Below, piece by piece: positions 14,993 to 17,725 of a stretch of 17,725 nt of DNA. Numbering within the stretch: the stretch's first letter is position 1; every line of letters begins with the position of its first letter. The DNA is from Thermoproteota archaeon. GTDB lineage: Archaea > Thermoproteota > EX4484-205 > JAAOZP01. The stretch lies in contig JBNAVT010000030.1 in NCBI GenBank assembly GCA_049700215.1, forward strand, positions 1 through 17,725. Direction: 5' to 3'. The notes beneath the pieces are model-generated. The model did not search any database. It was not told the DNA's origin and was given only the letters and a program-made list of their open reading frames with translations. Made by a program: the position numbers and the translations under genes.

Positions 14993-15005
14993 TATTTTTT
15001 CTCTT
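14993..15005 (+). terminator. Archaeal oligo-T terminator
   Basis: TATTTTTTCTCTT about 25 nt after the small basic protein stop, before the convergent HAD gene. Confidence 0.55.
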
Positions 15006-15012
15006 CGCATGC

Positions 15013-15648
15013 TTAGCACACTAGTTTGACAATATCTTTAAGATTGCTTACGACGAACATGGCTTCATGACCATCCGGCGGAGGGGCGCCGGGTTTGGCA
15101 CAGAGGATGGATGTTTTAACAGCTTTAAACATGCTTTTATCGTATACCGTGTCCCCGACTGCAGCAGTCTCGTTCAAAGGAATAGAGTATTTTTCACACA
15201 CCCTTTTTAAAACATCCACTTTTCTAGAGGGATCCACGTTGATTTTCACGATCCCCGTAAAACAGCCACGGCTGTCGAAAATCATCTGGTTGGAGACGCA
15301 TTCATCAGCGGCAAGTATTCTGCACACCCTTTCGGCAAGCACATCCAGGCCGCTCGTGACAATTACTCTCAACACCCTTTTTTCCCCAAGCTGGCTAAAC
15401 ACCCAGCGAGCCTCCGGCTTCACCCTAACCTTGGAGAAAACCTGCTCGAAAAAGGCTTTGGGTAGCCCCCGGGGCCACAGGCTGACGTCGTGCTTCACGA
15501 ATTCCTCGTAGCTTATTTCCCCTCTGGAGAATTTTTCAAGCGCCCTCCTAGCAATATGGTCAGTCCCCAGGAACCTGTGTACAGTACGCCAGCTGCTCTC
15601 ATCCTCGACAAGCGTACCGTCCATGTCGAAGAAAACTATCCTAATCAT
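15013..15648 (-). CDS. HAD-IB family phosphatase (phosphoserine phosphatase SerB-like)
   Basis: Motif I FFDMDGTL, SSW, motif II IVTSG, motif III K (SRKVDV) and motif IV AVGDTVYD. Confidence 0.9.
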   Translation of the reverse strand: MIRIVFFDMDGTLVEDESSWRTVHRFLGTDHIARRALEKFSRGEISYEEFVKHDVSLWPRGLPKAFFEQVFSKVRVKPEARWVFSQLGEKRVLRVIVTSGLDVLAERVCRILAADECVSNQMIFDSRGCFTGIVKINVDPSRKVDVLKRVCEKYSIPLNETAAVGDTVYDKSMFKAVKTSILCAKPGAPPPDGHEAMFVVSNLKDIVKLVC

Positions 15649-16210
15649 ATGTAGCGAGGCTCATTGTTTCAACGAAGGCTGCTGCGAGCAGGAGGCTGCC
15701 GACTATTAGGAGGGTTGTCAAGTATCCTCTGAGCTCCCTGTTAACCCTTTTCTCGATTATGGCGAAAAGGCCGGCTAAACCTTGGGCTGAGGCTAAGCCG
15801 TATGCTAGGAATTCAAGTATACCGGATGGTGTTGAAAGAAGCCGGATGGCGAGCGAGAGCGAGTTCAGGCTTCTCAGAGTTGAAATAGCTGATACAGCAA
15901 CCCCGGTTGTTGACGAGGAGATTATGCTGAACCCGAATCCAGCCACAGGTATCATCATTATGATGCTTAGGGCAAGATTATGCGCAAAAATATCCAGCGG
16001 CCCAGTGAAACTTATGCTTCCCGAAACAGAGGCATATATTTCCTCGGCTAAAGACTTGTCAAGGGGGATTACGGAGGAGAGGAGGAAAACAGTTGAAAAC
16101 AGGAAGACCGTTATCGGGAAAAGACCCCACTTTGTGTGGAGGAACGGGGGGAACGCTCCACTGTCCCGATTACCCCTGTAGCTAAAGCTTAGTTTTTCAA
16201 CAGTCCACAA
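15641..16210 (-). CDS. SpoIIM (DUF95) family integral membrane protein
   Basis: IFAHNL...IPVAG, TPSGILEFLAYGLA..QG and LLLAAAFVE. Overlaps the HAD start by 8 nt. Confidence 0.82.
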   Translation of the reverse strand: MWTVEKLSFSYRGNRDSGAFPPFLHTKWGLFPITVFLFSTVFLLSSVIPLDKSLAEEIYASVSGSISFTGPLDIFAHNLALSIIMMIPVAGFGFSIISSSTTGVAVSAISTLRSLNSLSLAIRLLSTPSGILEFLAYGLASAQGLAGLFAIIEKRVNRELRGYLTTLLIVGSLLLAAAFVETMSLATYD

Positions 16211-16304
16211 ACTTGGAGGACCCTTGCACCGCCCAAAATATAAGGTTTACTGAAGGATTACACTCTTGCTGCTTTTAAATAGCTCAGGCTCGACGTTTCA
16301 AAGC

Positions 16305-16883
16305 ATGGGCGGTGAAGACGTGGTTAAGGCGGAGACCCTGTACTGCGGAACCGTAATATCGCTCCTCAGGTACCATGTTGTGCTCGAAGGCAGGAGGCTT
16401 CTGAGAGAGGTTGTCGAGCACCCGGGTGCTGTCGCAGTAATACCTGTTAGCGAAGACGGTAGATTAATAATGGTTAGGCAGCATAGGCTTCCGGCTGGAA
16501 GAAGCCTTCTAGAAATACCGGCTGGGACGAAGACAGCCGGCGAGGATGATGAGGAGTGCGCCCGCAGGGAGCTTCTGGAGGAAACAGGGTACAGGGCGCG
16601 TGTCCTTAGGAAAGTCTTGAGCTTCTACCCTGCACCCGGCTACTCAACCGAGAAAATAACGTTGTTTTTCGCAAAAGGCTTGGAGAAAGCTGAGCAGAGG
16701 CTTGAGGAGGACGAGGCTATAGAAGTGGTTGAGAAACCCGTGGAGGAGGCTTTGGAAATGCTTAGGAACGGCCTGGTGGAGGACGCTAAGACGATCATCG
16801 GGCTATACTGGCTGGCCGAGCAGCTGAAGCAGTCGGGCGCGCCGGATAAGGCTGTGACCAATACCCATATATTTGAGCGTTAG
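16305..16883 (+). CDS. Nudix hydrolase, ADP-ribose pyrophosphatase (NudF) type
   Basis: REVVEHPGAV, VRQ.R, LEIPAG, complete Nudix box GTKTAGEDDEECARRELLEETGY, PGYSTE and DAKT. TTTAAATA (16274-16281) lies 23 nt before ATG 16305. Confidence 0.92.
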   Translation: MGGEDVVKAETLYCGTVISLLRYHVVLEGRRLLREVVEHPGAVAVIPVSEDGRLIMVRQHRLPAGRSLLEIPAGTKTAGEDDEECARRELLEETGYRARVLRKVLSFYPAPGYSTEKITLFFAKGLEKAEQRLEEDEAIEVVEKPVEEALEMLRNGLVEDAKTIIGLYWLAEQLKQSGAPDKAVTNTHIFER

Positions 16884-16895
16884 AAGGCGTTTTCT

Positions 16896-17714
16896 ATGAG
16901 TGGGAGAAACATGGTTTTGCCGACGCTTGATTACGCTAGGGTTGCAAGCCACATAGTGGCGAGGCTCAGGCAGTATTTCCAGGAATCCGGGAGGGAGACG
17001 GGAGTAGTGGGATTATCTGGAGGAGTGGACAGCAGCGTAGTAGCATACTTGACGACGATGGCTCTCGGTAGAGAAAGGACCAGGCTCTACCTCCTGCCTT
17101 CAAGCTCCACCCCCAGGGAGGACATGGAGGACGCTATGAGCGTCGTCGAGAGGCTTGGAATACCGGAGGGAAACTGGAGGACAATAAGCATAGACGAGAT
17201 TGTTGAAGCCTTTGAGAGGAAGCTTGGGCAAATGGGCAGGGTTGAGAGGGGGAACATAATGGCGAGAAGCAGGATGACGATACTTTACCACGAGGCTGCT
17301 GTGAACAACGGGCTGGTTATAGGGTCGGGGGATAGGAGCGAATACCTCGCGGGATATTTTACGAAACACGGTGACGGTGGGGCTGATGTTCTCCCGATAG
17401 CAGGGCTATACAAGACTCATGTGAGGCAGCTCGCAGAGTATTTGAAGATTCCCGAGAGAATATGGATTAAACCGCCTTCCCCAGCCTTATGGCCGGGGCA
17501 GACGGCCGAGGAGGAGCTGGGGGTAGACTATAAGACTCTGGACACCATACTTTACCTAAGGTTTGACAGGAGGCTTAGCGGGGAAAGGATACACATGGTT
17601 TCCGGAATACCCTTAGAGACTGTTGAAAGGGTCCTGCTAAGGGTTAGGCTTACCAGGCACAAGAGGAGACTCCCGAAAAGGTTCGAGATAGACTACGAGG
17701 AAATGAGGGTTTAA
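16896..17714 (+). CDS. nadE: NH3-dependent NAD+ synthetase
   Basis: GLSGGVDS PP-loop, GNIMARSRM, G.GDRSE...GYFTKHGDG, LYKTHV, KPPSP.LWPGQT.EEELG and HKR. No glutaminase domain. Confidence 0.95.
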   Translation: MSGRNMVLPTLDYARVASHIVARLRQYFQESGRETGVVGLSGGVDSSVVAYLTTMALGRERTRLYLLPSSSTPREDMEDAMSVVERLGIPEGNWRTISIDEIVEAFERKLGQMGRVERGNIMARSRMTILYHEAAVNNGLVIGSGDRSEYLAGYFTKHGDGGADVLPIAGLYKTHVRQLAEYLKIPERIWIKPPSPALWPGQTAEEELGVDYKTLDTILYLRFDRRLSGERIHMVSGIPLETVERVLLRVRLTRHKRRLPKRFEIDYEEMRV

Positions 17715-17725
17715 CGTTTTAGACG

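Noticed and set aside
14738-15019. 93-aa minus-strand ORF with FLAF and (GA)n repeats, superficially a membrane peptide
   Set aside because: It is the antisense mirror of the Lys/Pro/Ala gene; promoter, terminator and start geometry all favour the plus strand.
1-17725. CRISPR array, tRNA, rRNA, IS element
   Set aside because: No regularly spaced repeats, cloverleaf or T-loop signature, rRNA-like stretch, transposase or terminal inverted repeats were seen by eye.

Overview
Archaeal chromosomal DNA. BRE/TATA promoters about 20-30 nt before many starts, a GPN-loop GTPase and cofE support this; a TACK-type lineage is my inference and is unconfirmed. The window is gene-dense and mostly housekeeping: purB 3' end, HD phosphohydrolase, GPN GTPase, tldD-tldE/pmbA, RimK/CofF-MobA-like-cofE cluster, PD-(D/E)XK nuclease, CMP-kinase-like protein, HAD phosphatase, SpoIIM-family protein, Nudix hydrolase and nadE. 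Main points of interest: (1) a candidate cobalamin-uptake regulon, where an ECF S-component (CbrT-like) and a DUF4430/transcobalamin-like protein each have a promoter with the same TTGG-N9-CCAA palindrome 4 nt after the TATA box, with a winged-helix gene immediately downstream and no recognisable B12 riboswitch; (2) a standalone 52-aa Pro/Ala/Lys-rich protein resembling histone H1 tails, with its own promoter and terminator; (3) a 10-Cys ORF that one -1 frameshift would fuse to the next ORF; (4) a thioredoxin-CcdA fusion co-oriented with a surface protein carrying a 63-aa internal duplication and a CxxC; (5) a MobA homologue that has lost its catalytic motifs, between two glutamate ligases. 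I saw no rRNA, tRNA, CRISPR array or transposase. All family calls come from motif recognition by eye; no database searches were run.
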